Positions 18,345 through 28,803 are shown, counted from the stretch's first letter. The stretch: 64,000 nucleotides of DNA from Candidatus Daviesbacteria bacterium (GCA_016186955.1 JACPKP010000009.1:97595-161594), one strand, 5' to 3'. Notes: generated by a model not told the origin, from the sequence alone. Program-made: numbers and translations.

Positions 18345-19745
18345 ATGAAACCGGAAGCAAAACCCCAAAAACAGGATTACCAGTTTGGTTTTCATGACAA
18401 AGAGGATTATATTTTTAAATCAGGGCGGGGACTTTCCCCGGAGATTGTAACAGCCATCTCAGGTTATAAAAAGGAGCCTAAATGGATGAAAAAATTCAGG
18501 CTGCGTTCTCTGGAGATTTTCAACAAAAAACCCATGCCTTCCTGGGGGGCTGACCTTTCAGGCATTGATTTTGACAATATTTTTTATTATGTCAAACCTT
18601 CTGAGAAAGCGGAAGGAAACTGGGAAGAGGTGCCGGACTATATTAAGAAAACTTTTGATAAACTGGGAATTCCGGAGGCTGAAAGAAAGTTTTTAGCAGG
18701 AGTGAGCGCCCAGTATGAATCTGAGGTAGTCTACCACAACATCAGGCAGGATTTGGAGAAAAAGGGGGTTATTTTTACTGATATGGATTCCGGTTTGCGG
18801 GAACACGAAGGTTTGGTCAAAGAATATTTCGGGACAATAATTCCTCCTGCAGATAATAAGTTTTCTGCCCTAAACAGCGCTGTTTGGTCCGGCGGAAGTT
18901 TTGTTTATGTCCCAAAAGGGGTGGAGGTGGAGATACCCCTTCAGGCGTATTTTAGGATCAATACGGAAAATATGGGGCAATTTGAGAGGACGCTGATCAT
19001 TGCGGATGAGGATTCAAAAGTGCATTACATTGAAGGGTGTACAGCCCCAATTTATTCCTCAGATTCCCTCCACAGCGCTGTTGTTGAACTGATTGCTAAA
19101 AAAGGCGCCCATATCCGCTATACCACCATCCAAAACTGGTCCTCCAATGTTTATAACCTGGTTACAAAACGGGCGGTGGCTTACGAAGATGCAGTGGTTG
19201 AATGGGTTGACGGGAATTTGGGCTCCAAAGTGACCATGAAATATCCCAGTGTATATTTAATGGGTCCTCATGCCAAGGCTGAGATTATCTCTGTGGCGTT
19301 TGCAGGAGAGGGCCAGCACCAGGATGCGGGAGGCAAGGTAGTCCATGTAGCCCCCGAGACAACCTCAACCATCACCTCAAAATCCATCAGCAAAGACGGA
19401 GGAAGGACTTCTTACAGGGGACTTTTGAAAATCCACAAAGGTGCATACGGGTCAAAATCAGCAGTTAGGTGTGACGCCCTGCTGCTGGATGAAAAATCCC
19501 GTTCCGATACTTACCCCACAATTGAGGTTGATGAGGAGAAGGTAACTATTGAGCATGAAGCAACTGTGGGTAAAATTGGGGAGGAACAGCTGTTTTATTT
19601 AATGTCCCGCGGGCTGTCAGAGACACAGGCAAAAACTATGATAGTCAACGGGTTTTTTGACTGTTTTACCAAAGAGCTGCCAATGGAATATGCAGTTGAG
19701 TTAAACAGGTTGCTGGCTATGAGCATGGAGGGGGCGGTGGGTTAA
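18345..19745 (+). CDS. sufB: Fe-S cluster assembly protein SufB
   Basis: [39 protein letters not shown]; ATG 18345 lies 6 nt after TATAAT. Confidence 0.96.
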   Translation: MKPEAKPQKQDYQFGFHDKEDYIFKSGRGLSPEIVTAISGYKKEPKWMKKFRLRSLEIFNKKPMPSWGADLSGIDFDNIFYYVKPSEKAEGNWEEVPDYIKKTFDKLGIPEAERKFLAGVSAQYESEVVYHNIRQDLEKKGVIFTDMDSGLREHEGLVKEYFGTIIPPADNKFSALNSAVWSGGSFVYVPKGVEVEIPLQAYFRINTENMGQFERTLIIADEDSKVHYIEGCTAPIYSSDSLHSAVVELIAKKGAHIRYTTIQNWSSNVYNLVTKRAVAYEDAVVEWVDGNLGSKVTMKYPSVYLMGPHAKAEIISVAFAGEGQHQDAGGKVVHVAPETTSTITSKSISKDGGRTSYRGLLKIHKGAYGSKSAVRCDALLLDEKSRSDTYPTIEVDEEKVTIEHEATVGKIGEEQLFYLMSRGLSETQAKTMIVNGFFDCFTKELPMEYAVELNRLLAMSMEGAVG

Positions 19746-19753
19746 TTATACGA

Positions 19754-19772
19754 TCAAAAGGCGTCCCCTTTT
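19754..19772. repeat. AAAAGG-CGTCC-CCTTTT mini-palindrome
   Basis: 18 nt identical to 38738-38755 inside the HD gene. Confidence 0.6.
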
Positions 19773-19831
19773 AAGGCTGCGAATACAGAGGTCTGTTGAT
19801 TTAAGCTTTATTTTTTGGTATAACAGTTCCC

Positions 19832-20644
19832 ATGGTTGAGAGAAATTATATTGGGGTAACCGGGGCTGCCACTATTGATGAAATAGACCATCTGTCATAT
19901 TCTTTTAACAAATTTTCCCGTATTTATCACCTTGGGATTTACCATAAACCCATGATTGGGATTTTAGCTTCAACCAAAACCTTGCTTGGTGAACAGACTC
20001 AAAACAGACGTTACCCCAAGGTTGAAGAAATCCCCCTGTTATTTAGGCAAGTTAATTATGGCTTTAAAGTGGTTCATTTTAATTCCCGGGAACCTTCAAC
20101 ATTGTCCAAACAGCTAATAAGCCTTTTTAAAACAGGAGACTTGTATAATGAAAATTTATCAAGGGCAGTCCAATTAAATAATGCCTGGCCGCCTCTGGAT
20201 CAGATAATTGAGACCCAAAAACAATTGCCGGATTTGAAAGTAGTGCTCCAGCTAAACAGTCAAGCTATGGGAAAAAGGTCCTCTGGTGAGATAGCCCAAA
20301 AAGTAGCGGGTTATGGAGATATGATACACCATGTTTTAATTGACCCCAGCGGGGGCCGGGGGAAAGAGTTAGAGGTGGGTAAGGTTGTACCTGTTTATGA
20401 AGCTATAAAACATAGGCGCCCGGATTTATTTTTAGGGTTTGCCGGGAAATTAAGCGGAGAAAATGTTTGGTCAAAATGCCATGAGTTAGTAAGCAGGATT
20501 GGTCATTATAAATTCAGTATTGATGCAGAGAGTGGTGTTAGGGATAAGTTGAGTGAGGATTATGGAAATGACCTTTATAGTAGAGACAAAGTAGAACGTT
20601 ATCTCGAGCAGGCGGCCAGGTTTTTTAGTCCAGACCTACGATGA
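19832..20644 (+). CDS. TIM-barrel protein, TrpF(PRAI)-like C-terminal motifs, function unknown
   Basis: LIDPSGGRG, FAGKL, IDAESGVR. Confidence 0.6.
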   Translation: MVERNYIGVTGAATIDEIDHLSYSFNKFSRIYHLGIYHKPMIGILASTKTLLGEQTQNRRYPKVEEIPLLFRQVNYGFKVVHFNSREPSTLSKQLISLFKTGDLYNENLSRAVQLNNAWPPLDQIIETQKQLPDLKVVLQLNSQAMGKRSSGEIAQKVAGYGDMIHHVLIDPSGGRGKELEVGKVVPVYEAIKHRRPDLFLGFAGKLSGENVWSKCHELVSRIGHYKFSIDAESGVRDKLSEDYGNDLYSRDKVERYLEQAARFFSPDLR

Positions 20645-21243
20645 AGAAAAGAGCTTTGATAGGAATTATTTTGGTTGGGATAGTTGTTTTGGGTGTTATA
20701 ATGTACAAAGTTTTTGGAACTAGGGATGTTGTGCAAAGTAGTCCTAGCCCCGAAGCTCAAACTGACATGAAACAATACTCAAAATTCCCGGGTGTTTTGC
20801 CGGACACAGAGTTAACAAACAAACAAGTCGTCATAGAAACCAACAAAGGCAAAATTGCATTTGAAATATACCCTGAAGCTTCCAAAGCTGCCTCAAACTT
20901 CATATTTTTAGCCAAGGATAAGTTTTATGATGGATTGAAGTTTCATCGGGTTGTGCCTGGGTTTGTAATCCAGGGTGGGGATCCCAAAGGCGACGGTACA
21001 GGCGGTCCGGGATATAAGTTTGAAGATGAACCTGTAACTAAAAAATACTTAAAGGGAATTGTGGCCATGGCAAATGCCGGTCCAAATACTAATGGTTCGC
21101 AATTTTTTATCATGCTGGAAGATAACTTGACTTTGCCTCCCAATTACACAATTTTTGGGAAAGTTACTGCAGGCCAAGAAGTGGTGGATCAAATAAAGGT
21201 TGGGGATGAGATGAAGACTGTAGCGATAGAGAATCTAAAATAG
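20641..21243 (+). CDS. Membrane-anchored cyclophilin PPIase
   Basis: FHRVVPGFVIQGGDP, MANAGPNTNGSQFF. Confidence 0.95.
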   Translation: MKKRALIGIILVGIVVLGVIMYKVFGTRDVVQSSPSPEAQTDMKQYSKFPGVLPDTELTNKQVVIETNKGKIAFEIYPEASKAASNFIFLAKDKFYDGLKFHRVVPGFVIQGGDPKGDGTGGPGYKFEDEPVTKKYLKGIVAMANAGPNTNGSQFFIMLEDNLTLPPNYTIFGKVTAGQEVVDQIKVGDEMKTVAIENLK

Positions 21244-21654
21244 AGTGACTAGAGTCCAGAATCCAGAGTCCAGTAAAAAAGAAAAGGGTTACAGAAAATT
21301 AATAGCATGGCAGAAAGCCAATCAACTAGCTCATCTCGTTTACGATAATACTCAAAACTTCCCAAAAACTGAAATTTTCGGGTTAACTTCTCAAATGAGA
21401 AGAGCTGCCCTCTCAGTATGTGCAAACATAGCCGAAGGTTATTCAAGGAATAGTGCAAAAAATAGAAAACATTTTTACATAATGGCTATAGGATCACTTA
21501 CAGAACTAGAATTTTTCATTGATTTTGCATTTGAAAGGGGTTTGATGGAGAAAACAGAGTATGATAATTTAATTAATCTTGAAGATGAAACGGCAAGAAT
21601 CTTAAATGGTCTTAAAAAATCCACTGGATTCTAGATTCTGGCGACTGGATTCTA
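21241..21654. mobile_element. Putative cassette: four-helix-bundle gene bounded by inverted heptamer arrays
   Basis: Left TAGAGTC-CAGAATC-CAGAGTC-CAGT (21250-21274); right ACTG-GATTCTA-GATTCTG-GCGACTG-GATTCTA (21623-21654). Confidence 0.55.
21245..21634 (+). CDS. Four-helix-bundle protein (23S rRNA IVP / S23-like family)
   Basis: YRKLIAWQKA, FPKTEIFGLTSQMRRAALSVCANIAEG. Confidence 0.92.
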   Translation: MTRVQNPESSKKEKGYRKLIAWQKANQLAHLVYDNTQNFPKTEIFGLTSQMRRAALSVCANIAEGYSRNSAKNRKHFYIMAIGSLTELEFFIDFAFERGLMEKTEYDNLINLEDETARILNGLKKSTGF

Positions 21655-21655
21655 C

Positions 21656-21745
21656 TTAATGAGCTAAAACTGAGGCTGCAACCGAAAATCCCAGAAGAGC
21701 AAGGAAGAGTCCGATCAGAAGCACTGCTTGGGGGCGCATCTTCAT
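21656..21745 (-). CDS. Small single-TM peptide, 29 aa
   Basis: MKMRPQAVLLIGLFLALLGFSVAASVLAH*; minus-strand TTGACA at 21781-21786. Confidence 0.5.
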   Translation of the reverse strand: MKMRPQAVLLIGLFLALLGFSVAASVLAH

Positions 21746-21820
21746 CTTATGATTCAAAGTTAGCACAAAGTTATTGATGGTGTCAAATTTAAGCTAATTG
21801 TTTTACGCTTCAGCCCGATT

Positions 21821-21836
21821 GCACAATATATTGTGT
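21821..21836. promoter_or_regulatory. NrdR box
   Basis: GCACAATATATTGTGT matches acaCwAtATaTwGtgt and abuts TTGACA at 21838. Confidence 0.85.
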
Positions 21837-21912
21837 ATTGACAACCCTTCATCAGGGTATGGTAGTGTAGATAATACAGATAAGGATATATTGGGTGATA
21901 AGTAAAGTTGGG

Positions 21913-21928
21913 ATACAACATATTGTAT
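21913..21928. promoter_or_regulatory. Second NrdR box overlapping the nrdR start
   Basis: ATACAACATATTGTAT. Confidence 0.75.
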
Positions 21929-22406
21929 GAAGTGCTTTTTTTGCGGCAGCGACCAAAGCAGTGTTATAGACAAAAGGGCAGTTAGAGGTACGGGGGAAAT
22001 CAGAAGACGTCGTGAGTGTTTAAAATGCCAAAAAAGGTATACTACTTATGAACGTTTAAGCGCGTTTGATTTATATATTCTCAAACGGGATGGGCGCAGG
22101 GAAGTTTTTGATCGGGAAAAACTTAAGGCGGGGCTTCAGCGGGCTTTAGAAAAAAGACCGGCTTTGGAAGATCTGGAAAATATAGTTGATAGGGTTATAA
22201 AACGGCTAAAAACGCGGGGCAAAAAAGAAATTGAAAGTAAAATTGTGGGGAGTTTAGCCCTATCGGAATTAAAGAAAGCAGATTCTGTAGCGTATTTGAG
22301 ATTTGCATCGGTGTATAGGAAGTTTAACGATCCGCTGGATTTTACAAAAGAGCTGGAGAGTTTAGGGAATGGATCCCCTCCGCCAGTTGGCGGATCGCGG
22401 GGATGA
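21927..22406 (+). CDS. nrdR: Transcriptional repressor NrdR
   Basis: MKCFFC, RRRRECLKC, ATP-cone, YLRFASVY. Confidence 0.97.
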   Translation: MKCFFCGSDQSSVIDKRAVRGTGEIRRRRECLKCQKRYTTYERLSAFDLYILKRDGRREVFDREKLKAGLQRALEKRPALEDLENIVDRVIKRLKTRGKKEIESKIVGSLALSELKKADSVAYLRFASVYRKFNDPLDFTKELESLGNGSPPPVGGSRG

Positions 22407-22407
22407 C
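22371..22407. repeat. GTCATCCCCGCG-type REP-like element with nested TCCGCCAGTTGGCGGA palindrome; supplies the nrdR stop
   Basis: GGATCCCC[TCCGCCAGTTGGCGGA]TCGCGGGGATGAC. Confidence 0.8.
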
Positions 22408-22418
22408 AAAAGGAAACC

Positions 22419-24899
22419 ATGCCAACATTACAAACTAATTTAAATAGTAAAAATAATACCAAAACCCATACCAATGGTGAAGCCAAAAATGGGCAGGTTA
22501 AAAATGGCCAGAGAAAAGGTACTAATGGTTTTGGCATGGTGCCAGCTCCCAAAATTTTGCCTGAATATGTTCAAGGCGAAACTGTTTTGGATGGTGTGCG
22601 CCAGAAAGTTTTTCTTGACAGGTACTCGCTTAAAGACGAACAGGGCAACCCGACTGAAGAATGTCCTGAGCAGATGTGGTACCGGGTGGCCTGGGGAATA
22701 GCCCAGGAAGAAAAAACGCCTGAACTGCGGAAAGAATGGACTGAAAAATTCTATAAAGCGATGGAAGGATTTAAATTTGTCCCTGCCGGCAGGATTTTAT
22801 CAGGGGCAGGCGCCGGTTATCAGGTGACCTTTTTTAACTGCTATGTAATCCCCTCACCTAAAGATTCCAGGAAAGGCATTATGGAAAATATTACCCACAC
22901 AGTGGAGATTCAGGCCCGTGGTGGTGGTGTAGGTGTAAATCTTTCATCCCTGCGCCCCCATGGAGCGCGGGTTAAAAAGGTCAACGGGACTTCATCCGGC
23001 CCGGTTAATTGGGCGTCGCTTTATTCAACCGCCAACCATGATGTGATCCAGCAGGGAGGCTCCAGGCGCGGGGCGCTGATGCTGATGCTTCATGACTGGC
23101 ACCCTGATGTTTTAGAATTTATCCATGTCAAAGAAGACACCACTAAAATCCCCGGGGCCAATCTTTCTGTTTGTGTCTCAGACAAATTTATGGAGGCTGT
23201 GGATGCGGACAGGGAGTGGGTGACCAAATTTCCTGATACCTCCGATCCTGAATATGATGATGTTTGGGATGGGGATATTGATAACTGGGAGGAGAGGGGG
23301 AAAAAGACCATTGTTTATGAAACCCATAAAGCCAGGGATATTTGGGACCAGATCTGCCAGGCTGCCTGGAGGAGCGCTGAGCCGGGGCTGCATTTTCTGG
23401 AGCGCAGCAATAAATGGAGCAACACCTGGTATTTTGAAAAACTGTTGTCTACCAACCCCTGCGGCGAGCAGCCATTGGGTGAGTGGGCTGTTTGTAATTT
23501 AGGAGCAATGAATTTGGCTGCGTTTGTAAAAGAGGGGATGTTTGATTTTGAGGGGCTAGATTCAACAGTCAGGGTGGCGATGCGTTTTATGGATAATGTG
23601 GTGGATGCAAACTACTATTTTTATGATGTAAATGAAACTAAAGCGAAAGAAATCAGAAGGACAGGTATCGGCACCATGGGGCTTGGAGATGCCCTAATCA
23701 AAATGAAGCTCAAATATGGCAGTGATGAGGCCATGCCGGTTATTGAAAAGATCTACCAGACAATCAGAGATGCAGCCTATGATGTTTCAGCGGATTTGGC
23801 TAAAGAAAAAGGCTCCTTCCCGAAATTTGATAAGGATAAGTATTTGCAGGGGCATTTTATAAAAACTTTGCCTGGGCATGTGATAGAAAAAATCAGCAAG
23901 CAGGGAATCAGGAATGCTGTTATTTTAACACAGGCCCCGACAGGCACAACCTCACTGCTGTCTGGTGTCTCCTCAGGGATTGAGCCTGTTTTTGATTTCC
24001 AGTTCATCAGGAGGGACCGGATCGGGGAACATATTATATATCACCCGTTGTTTCAGGAGTGGAAAGAGGCCCATCCCGGTGAGGAAAAACCCGGATATTT
24101 TGTAGGCGCCAATGATATGACGCCAATGGACCATGTTAAAGTACAGGCGCTCATCCAGGGATATACTGATTCTTCAATCTCTAAAACCGCCAATGCGCCG
24201 CATGATTTTACGGTTGAACAAGTAAAGGAGTTATATTTACAGGCCTATAAAATGGGTTGTAAGGGAGTAACCTTTTTTAGGGATGGTTCAAGGTCAGGTG
24301 TTTTATACCACGAAGAAGATAAAAAAGAAGAGCAACAAGCGCCACAGGAGATTTTTTTGCACAGGCCCATGATACTAAGAGGCAGGACATATAAAATGAA
24401 TACACCTGTGGGCGAGGCGTTTGTGACAGTCAACAGGGACGAAAAAGACCAGCCTTTCGAAGTATTTGTAAATATTGGCAAGGGTGGTATGCACACCATG
24501 GCTGACGCGGAAGCGATGGGCAGGCTAGTGTCTTTGTGCCTCAGGATAGCAGCTAAAACCCCAAGTTCGAGGGCAGTTGCTGAAAAAATTATTGCCCAAC
24601 TGCGGGGGATTGGCGCATCGAACCAAGTAGGGTTTGGCAAAGACCGGGTGATGAGTTTAGCGGATGCCATTGCCAAAGTTTTGGCAGAGGACCTGGCCCA
24701 TGTTCCTGCTGCAGAAGCTGCAGAACCCGTGCCTTTGAATTTAACTATGGAGCAGTCTTCATTAACTGATGGGGAACTAAAACAACACGAACTGGTGGCG
24801 AGTAAACAGGCTGATTTATGCCCTGAATGCGGTAACGCCTCCTTTGCTTATGAAGAAGGCTGCAAAAAATGCTACTCATGTGGATATTCAATGTGTTGA
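22419..24899 (+). CDS. nrdJ: Class II (adenosylcobalamin-dependent) ribonucleotide reductase
   Basis: FFNCYV, TNPCGEQ, CNLG, APTGT, TSCPD-like domain, C-terminal CPEC..EEGC..C..CGYSMC. Confidence 0.95.
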   Translation: MPTLQTNLNSKNNTKTHTNGEAKNGQVKNGQRKGTNGFGMVPAPKILPEYVQGETVLDGVRQKVFLDRYSLKDEQGNPTEECPEQMWYRVAWGIAQEEKTPELRKEWTEKFYKAMEGFKFVPAGRILSGAGAGYQVTFFNCYVIPSPKDSRKGIMENITHTVEIQARGGGVGVNLSSLRPHGARVKKVNGTSSGPVNWASLYSTANHDVIQQGGSRRGALMLMLHDWHPDVLEFIHVKEDTTKIPGANLSVCVSDKFMEAVDADREWVTKFPDTSDPEYDDVWDGDIDNWEERGKKTIVYETHKARDIWDQICQAAWRSAEPGLHFLERSNKWSNTWYFEKLLSTNPCGEQPLGEWAVCNLGAMNLAAFVKEGMFDFEGLDSTVRVAMRFMDNVVDANYYFYDVNETKAKEIRRTGIGTMGLGDALIKMKLKYGSDEAMPVIEKIYQTIRDAAYDVSADLAKEKGSFPKFDKDKYLQGHFIKTLPGHVIEKISKQGIRNAVILTQAPTGTTSLLSGVSSGIEPVFDFQFIRRDRIGEHIIYHPLFQEWKEAHPGEEKPGYFVGANDMTPMDHVKVQALIQGYTDSSISKTANAPHDFTVEQVKELYLQAYKMGCKGVTFFRDGSRSGVLYHEEDKKEEQQAPQEIFLHRPMILRGRTYKMNTPVGEAFVTVNRDEKDQPFEVFVNIGKGGMHTMADAEAMGRLVSLCLRIAAKTPSSRAVAEKIIAQLRGIGASNQVGFGKDRVMSLADAIAKVLAEDLAHVPAAEAAEPVPLNLTMEQSSLTDGELKQHELVASKQADLCPECGNASFAYEEGCKKCYSCGYSMC

Positions 24900-24916
24900 T
24901 GTATTAAAATATTTTT

Positions 24917-25570
24917 ATGTCCTGTGAAATGTTTCCTCAAGGAGAATACCTGCTGCATAGAACCCCTTTTAATGTCAGGTCTTTTAAAAGGTTAGTTGAT
25001 ATAGACAGAAAGGATAGCGCTAAGGAAGGTTCAAATATAACCCCTGCAGAAGTTTTTCAAGTGTATGAGAGAATACTTACTAAATTCGGTGAGCCATTTG
25101 AAACAACAATGTCGCTAGCGACTACACAGGAATACCCTTTTGAGATAAAAGTGCATTATCAGGGAATTGAGGGGTTCCAGTGCCCGAAGATAGTTTTTTG
25201 GGCGGTTGGTAACTTAGATATGCAGGATGTTGACTTGGGCCGCTCGGTTCCCAAAGAAGACCCGCCAATCAAGGATATGGATCTATTTTTAGGGGATGTG
25301 TATAAGGATGGAAATAGATTATCGGTTGTTTACAGGTTCGACCCGGATAAAATTGTAATGGGCTATCATGTGATTAATAACTCATCTATAAGGGGGTTGG
25401 AAGAATTGGTTTCGGGGAGTGAAAGATTGACTGATCTGGTTAATTTTGCCAAATTTTTAGAAAATACCTTCAAGACGCCAAAAACTATCGGTTTGGTAAG
25501 GGCTGTTTATAATACAAGCCGTGTAGGCCAGATCTTAGGGAATTGGATCCTGTCTTTTAAAACATCCTGA
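24917..25570 (+). CDS. Hypothetical protein
   Basis: 217-aa ORF between nrdJ and cobO, no motif recognised. Confidence 0.6.
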   Translation: MSCEMFPQGEYLLHRTPFNVRSFKRLVDIDRKDSAKEGSNITPAEVFQVYERILTKFGEPFETTMSLATTQEYPFEIKVHYQGIEGFQCPKIVFWAVGNLDMQDVDLGRSVPKEDPPIKDMDLFLGDVYKDGNRLSVVYRFDPDKIVMGYHVINNSSIRGLEELVSGSERLTDLVNFAKFLENTFKTPKTIGLVRAVYNTSRVGQILGNWILSFKTS

Positions 25571-25678
25571 ATCGAATCACAGGGATTAAAATTCAAAAAT
25601 TCCACCCCCGAAAGTATAAAGTTCAAATACGTATTTTAATAGGTAATATCTGGCAATATTTGGTAATATTAGGATTCC

Positions 25679-26239
25679 ATGAGCGAATTTAAAAAGAAAA
25701 AGTTTAAGCAAACGGATAAGGGACTGGTGATTGTTTATACCGGGGAGGGTAAAGGCAAAACTACTGCTGCTTTAGGTCTGGCGCTGCGTGCGGCAGGCTA
25801 TAAAAAAAAGGTTCTAATAGTCCAATTTGGTAAGGTTTGGTTTACAGGAGAACTGGAAGGAATCAAAAAGCTAGCTCCGTATGTGAAACTGGTCCAGGGT
25901 GGTTTGGGGTTTGTGAAAATTTTTGATGACAGCTCACCCTTTTCTGAACATATTAAAGCAGCGCAAAAAACTTATGATTATTTATATAAGGAGGTTTTGT
26001 CGGGTAAATGGGATATGGTGATTGCTGATGAAATTGTGGGGGCAGTAGCAGGAAAACTGTTAAAACATGAGCATTTAATCAGGCTTATTAAAGACAAACC
26101 TGTCAAGATGGATTTGGCGCTGACAGGCCATCATGGCAAAAAGAATTTGTTTAAGCTGGCAGATTTGGTTACTGAAATGCAACCTATCAAACACCCTTTC
26201 CAAAAGGGAATTTTGGCAAAGATGGGTGTTGACTATTGA
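25679..26239 (+). CDS. cobO: Cob(I)alamin adenosyltransferase (CobA/CobO/BtuR)
   Basis: YTGEGKGKTTAALGLALRAAG, ADEI, LTG, ADLVTEM..KHPF. Confidence 0.93.
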   Translation: MSEFKKKKFKQTDKGLVIVYTGEGKGKTTAALGLALRAAGYKKKVLIVQFGKVWFTGELEGIKKLAPYVKLVQGGLGFVKIFDDSSPFSEHIKAAQKTYDYLYKEVLSGKWDMVIADEIVGAVAGKLLKHEHLIRLIKDKPVKMDLALTGHHGKKNLFKLADLVTEMQPIKHPFQKGILAKMGVDY

Positions 26240-26272
26240 CAAATATTAGCACTCATGATATTATAGTGCTAA
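26236..26272 (+). promoter_or_regulatory. lon promoter with overlapping CIRCE (HrcA operator)
   Basis: TTGACA-17-TATTAT overlapped by TTAGCACTC-N9-TAGTGCTAA (26246-26272), 1 mismatch to CIRCE. Confidence 0.88.
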
Positions 26273-26282
26273 ATCGTAAACT

Positions 26283-28691
26283 ATGGCGCTTGATCCTATA
26301 TCACAACCAATTAAACTATCCAGGACTTTACCGGTTGGACTTCTTCGTGGTACTGTTATATTCCCGGGAAATACAGTCCCGATTGCTTCAGGTAGGCCCA
26401 GGTCAAAGGCAGCTTTAGATGTAGCTTGGGCGACCAACAGGCTGATTGTTTTTGTTACTCAAAAAAATGAACGCATTGAAGACCCCAGTGAGAGGGATCT
26501 GTATCAGGTGGGGACAGTCTGTCTGATCAAAAGGATCCTCAAAGTTGATGGAGAATACCAGATCCATGTAGAAGGTTTAGTCCGGGTTTTTATTAAAGAG
26601 TTTACACAGGCAGAACCGTATTTTGAGGCGGAAATTGAAGAGATACCGGAGCTTTTTGAAAAAAATGAGGAAACTGAAGCTTTAAGCCGTACAGTCAAAG
26701 ATCAAATCAGGAGGTTTATGGAGCTTGGCGGCGGCCCTTTACTTGATCCAGCCAGCCTGAGCAACTGGCCGTTTATTTCCCAAAATGATGATCCCAATAT
26801 GCTGGTTAACTCCATTTGCCAGATGATTGATTTTAAAACAATAGATAAACAGCAGATTCTGGAGATGATTTCGGCAGTTGACAGGTTGCGGAGAGTTTCA
26901 GAACTTTTGGCTAAAGAGATCAGAATAAATGAGATATCCCAAAAAATTTCATCACACACACAGGAGCGGGTTTCCAGGATGACCAAAGAGGCTATTTTGA
27001 GGGAACAGATGAGGAGCATTGAGGAAGAGCTGGGAGAATCCGGGGAAAACCAGGAGGTTAGGGAATTTGAATTAAAAATCCGCAAAGCTAATATGCCAAA
27101 GGAAGTCAAAGTGAAAGCCAGTAAAGAGCTTTCCAGGCTTTCCAAGATGTCTTCATACAATCCTGAGGCTGGGTATATCAGGAATTATCTGGAATGGTTG
27201 ACAGACCTTCCCTGGAAGATGAACAAGAAACTGAACCTGGATATGGGAAAAGCAGAACAAATTTTAGACGAAGACCATTATGGTTTGAAAAAGGTGAAGG
27301 AAAGAGTCTTAGAGTATTTAGCTGTATATAAACTGGCCGGTAAATTAAACGGTCCGATATTGTGTTTTGTGGGGCCGCCAGGTACAGGGAAAACCTCAAT
27401 TGGTAAGTCAATAGCAAGGGCGTTGGGCCGTAAATTTGTTAAAGTATCATTGGGGGGGATACGCGATGAGGCTGAAGTTAGGGGTCACAGGAGGACTTAT
27501 GTGGGGGCGATGCCGGGGCGTATTATACAATCAATCAAACAGGCGGGTTCTCCAAACCCGGTGTTTATGCTTGATGAGATCGACAAAATAGGAGCAGATT
27601 ACCGCGGCGACCCATCGGCTGCACTGTTGGAAGCGTTAGACCCTGAACAAAACCATGCATTTTCTGACCATTACCTGGAGGTTCCATATGACCTGTCCAA
27701 TGTCATGTTCATTACGACCGCAAATATGTTGGATACTATCCCCCCTGCTTTGCGTGACAGGCTAGAGGTTATCCCATACCCTGGGTATACCCATGAAGAA
27801 AAATTCCATATTGCCAAAAAATTCCTGATCCCTAAAATTCTGGAGTCACACGGGTTAAAAATGGCGCATATTGATTTTGAAGACCCGGCAATTTATCAGA
27901 TAATTGAGGGTTATACCAGGGAAGCCGGGGTAAGGGGGTTGGAAAGGGAACTTTCGGCAATAGTCCGAAAAATTGCCAGAAAAATTGCCGAAGGCGAGAA
28001 GCAAAAAAATATTAAGGTGACGGCTGATGAAGTAAAGAAATTTTTAGGGCCTGTAAAATTTATGCCACAACTTGCAGAGATTGAAGATATGGTGGGTGCG
28101 TCAACAGGTTTGGCTGTAATGGAATCCATAGGGGGTGATGTTTTGTTTATTGAGGTGACTTTAATGCCAGGGAAAGGACAAATCCAGATCACCGGGCATT
28201 TGGGTGATGTAATGAAGGAATCAGCGCATGCTGCGATGTCTTACGTCAGGACAAATTGGGCTATTTTGGGTTTACCCGAGAGATTTTTCCATAAATTTGA
28301 CATCCATGTCCATGTTCCTGAAGGAGCAGTGCCAAAAGACGGGCCTTCGGCAGGGATTGCCCTGACAACAGCGATTGTATCTGCTTTTACAGGGATCCCG
28401 GTCAGGAAAGATGTGGCGATGACCGGCGAGGTGACATTGCGGGGCAGGGTGCTTGAGATTGGAGGTCTGAAAGAAAAAGTACTGGCTGCACACAGGGCAG
28501 GGGTGAAACATGTGATAGCACCTGAATTTAACAGAAAAGACTTGGAAGATATCCCCCAGTATGTTTTAGGTGACCTGGAATTCCATTTTGTAAAGCATAT
28601 GGATGAGGTGCTGAAGGTAGCTTTAGTGCATCCTCCCCAACCCGGGAAAATACGCCGTATCCCCCTCACCCCCATGCCCGCACTGGCATAA
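26283..28691 (+). CDS. lon: Lon protease
   Basis: [29 protein letters not shown]. Confidence 0.98.
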   Translation: MALDPISQPIKLSRTLPVGLLRGTVIFPGNTVPIASGRPRSKAALDVAWATNRLIVFVTQKNERIEDPSERDLYQVGTVCLIKRILKVDGEYQIHVEGLVRVFIKEFTQAEPYFEAEIEEIPELFEKNEETEALSRTVKDQIRRFMELGGGPLLDPASLSNWPFISQNDDPNMLVNSICQMIDFKTIDKQQILEMISAVDRLRRVSELLAKEIRINEISQKISSHTQERVSRMTKEAILREQMRSIEEELGESGENQEVREFELKIRKANMPKEVKVKASKELSRLSKMSSYNPEAGYIRNYLEWLTDLPWKMNKKLNLDMGKAEQILDEDHYGLKKVKERVLEYLAVYKLAGKLNGPILCFVGPPGTGKTSIGKSIARALGRKFVKVSLGGIRDEAEVRGHRRTYVGAMPGRIIQSIKQAGSPNPVFMLDEIDKIGADYRGDPSAALLEALDPEQNHAFSDHYLEVPYDLSNVMFITTANMLDTIPPALRDRLEVIPYPGYTHEEKFHIAKKFLIPKILESHGLKMAHIDFEDPAIYQIIEGYTREAGVRGLERELSAIVRKIARKIAEGEKQKNIKVTADEVKKFLGPVKFMPQLAEIEDMVGASTGLAVMESIGGDVLFIEVTLMPGKGQIQITGHLGDVMKESAHAAMSYVRTNWAILGLPERFFHKFDIHVHVPEGAVPKDGPSAGIALTTAIVSAFTGIPVRKDVAMTGEVTLRGRVLEIGGLKEKVLAAHRAGVKHVIAPEFNRKDLEDIPQYVLGDLEFHFVKHMDEVLKVALVHPPQPGKIRRIPLTPMPALA

Positions 28692-28767
28692 ATCTAATGT
28701 TCAGTACGATTTTCCTGCTTGACCATAAAACAGCTTCAGGGTAAAATTGAAATCTAGAACAAGTCTA

Positions 28768-28796
28768 GAGATCCTTCGGCTTCGCCTCAGGATGAC
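28768..28796. repeat. GTCATCCTGAG-type REP-like element in the hppA 5' leader
   Basis: GAGATCCTTCGGCTTCGCCTCAGGATGAC. Confidence 0.8.
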
Positions 28797-28803
28797 AACA
28801 AAC

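Noticed and set aside
14860-21634. Diversity-generating retroelement (A/G-differing repeat plus Avd-fold protein)
   Set aside because: Only two synonymous differences, repeat at gene 5' ends, and no reverse transcriptase in the window
25571-25678. Cobalamin riboswitch before cobO or nrdJ
   Set aside because: Short AT-rich spacer lacking B12-box motifs
22419-28691. Inteins or introns in nrdJ or lon
   Set aside because: Normal lengths and contiguous motifs; no splice-junction signatures
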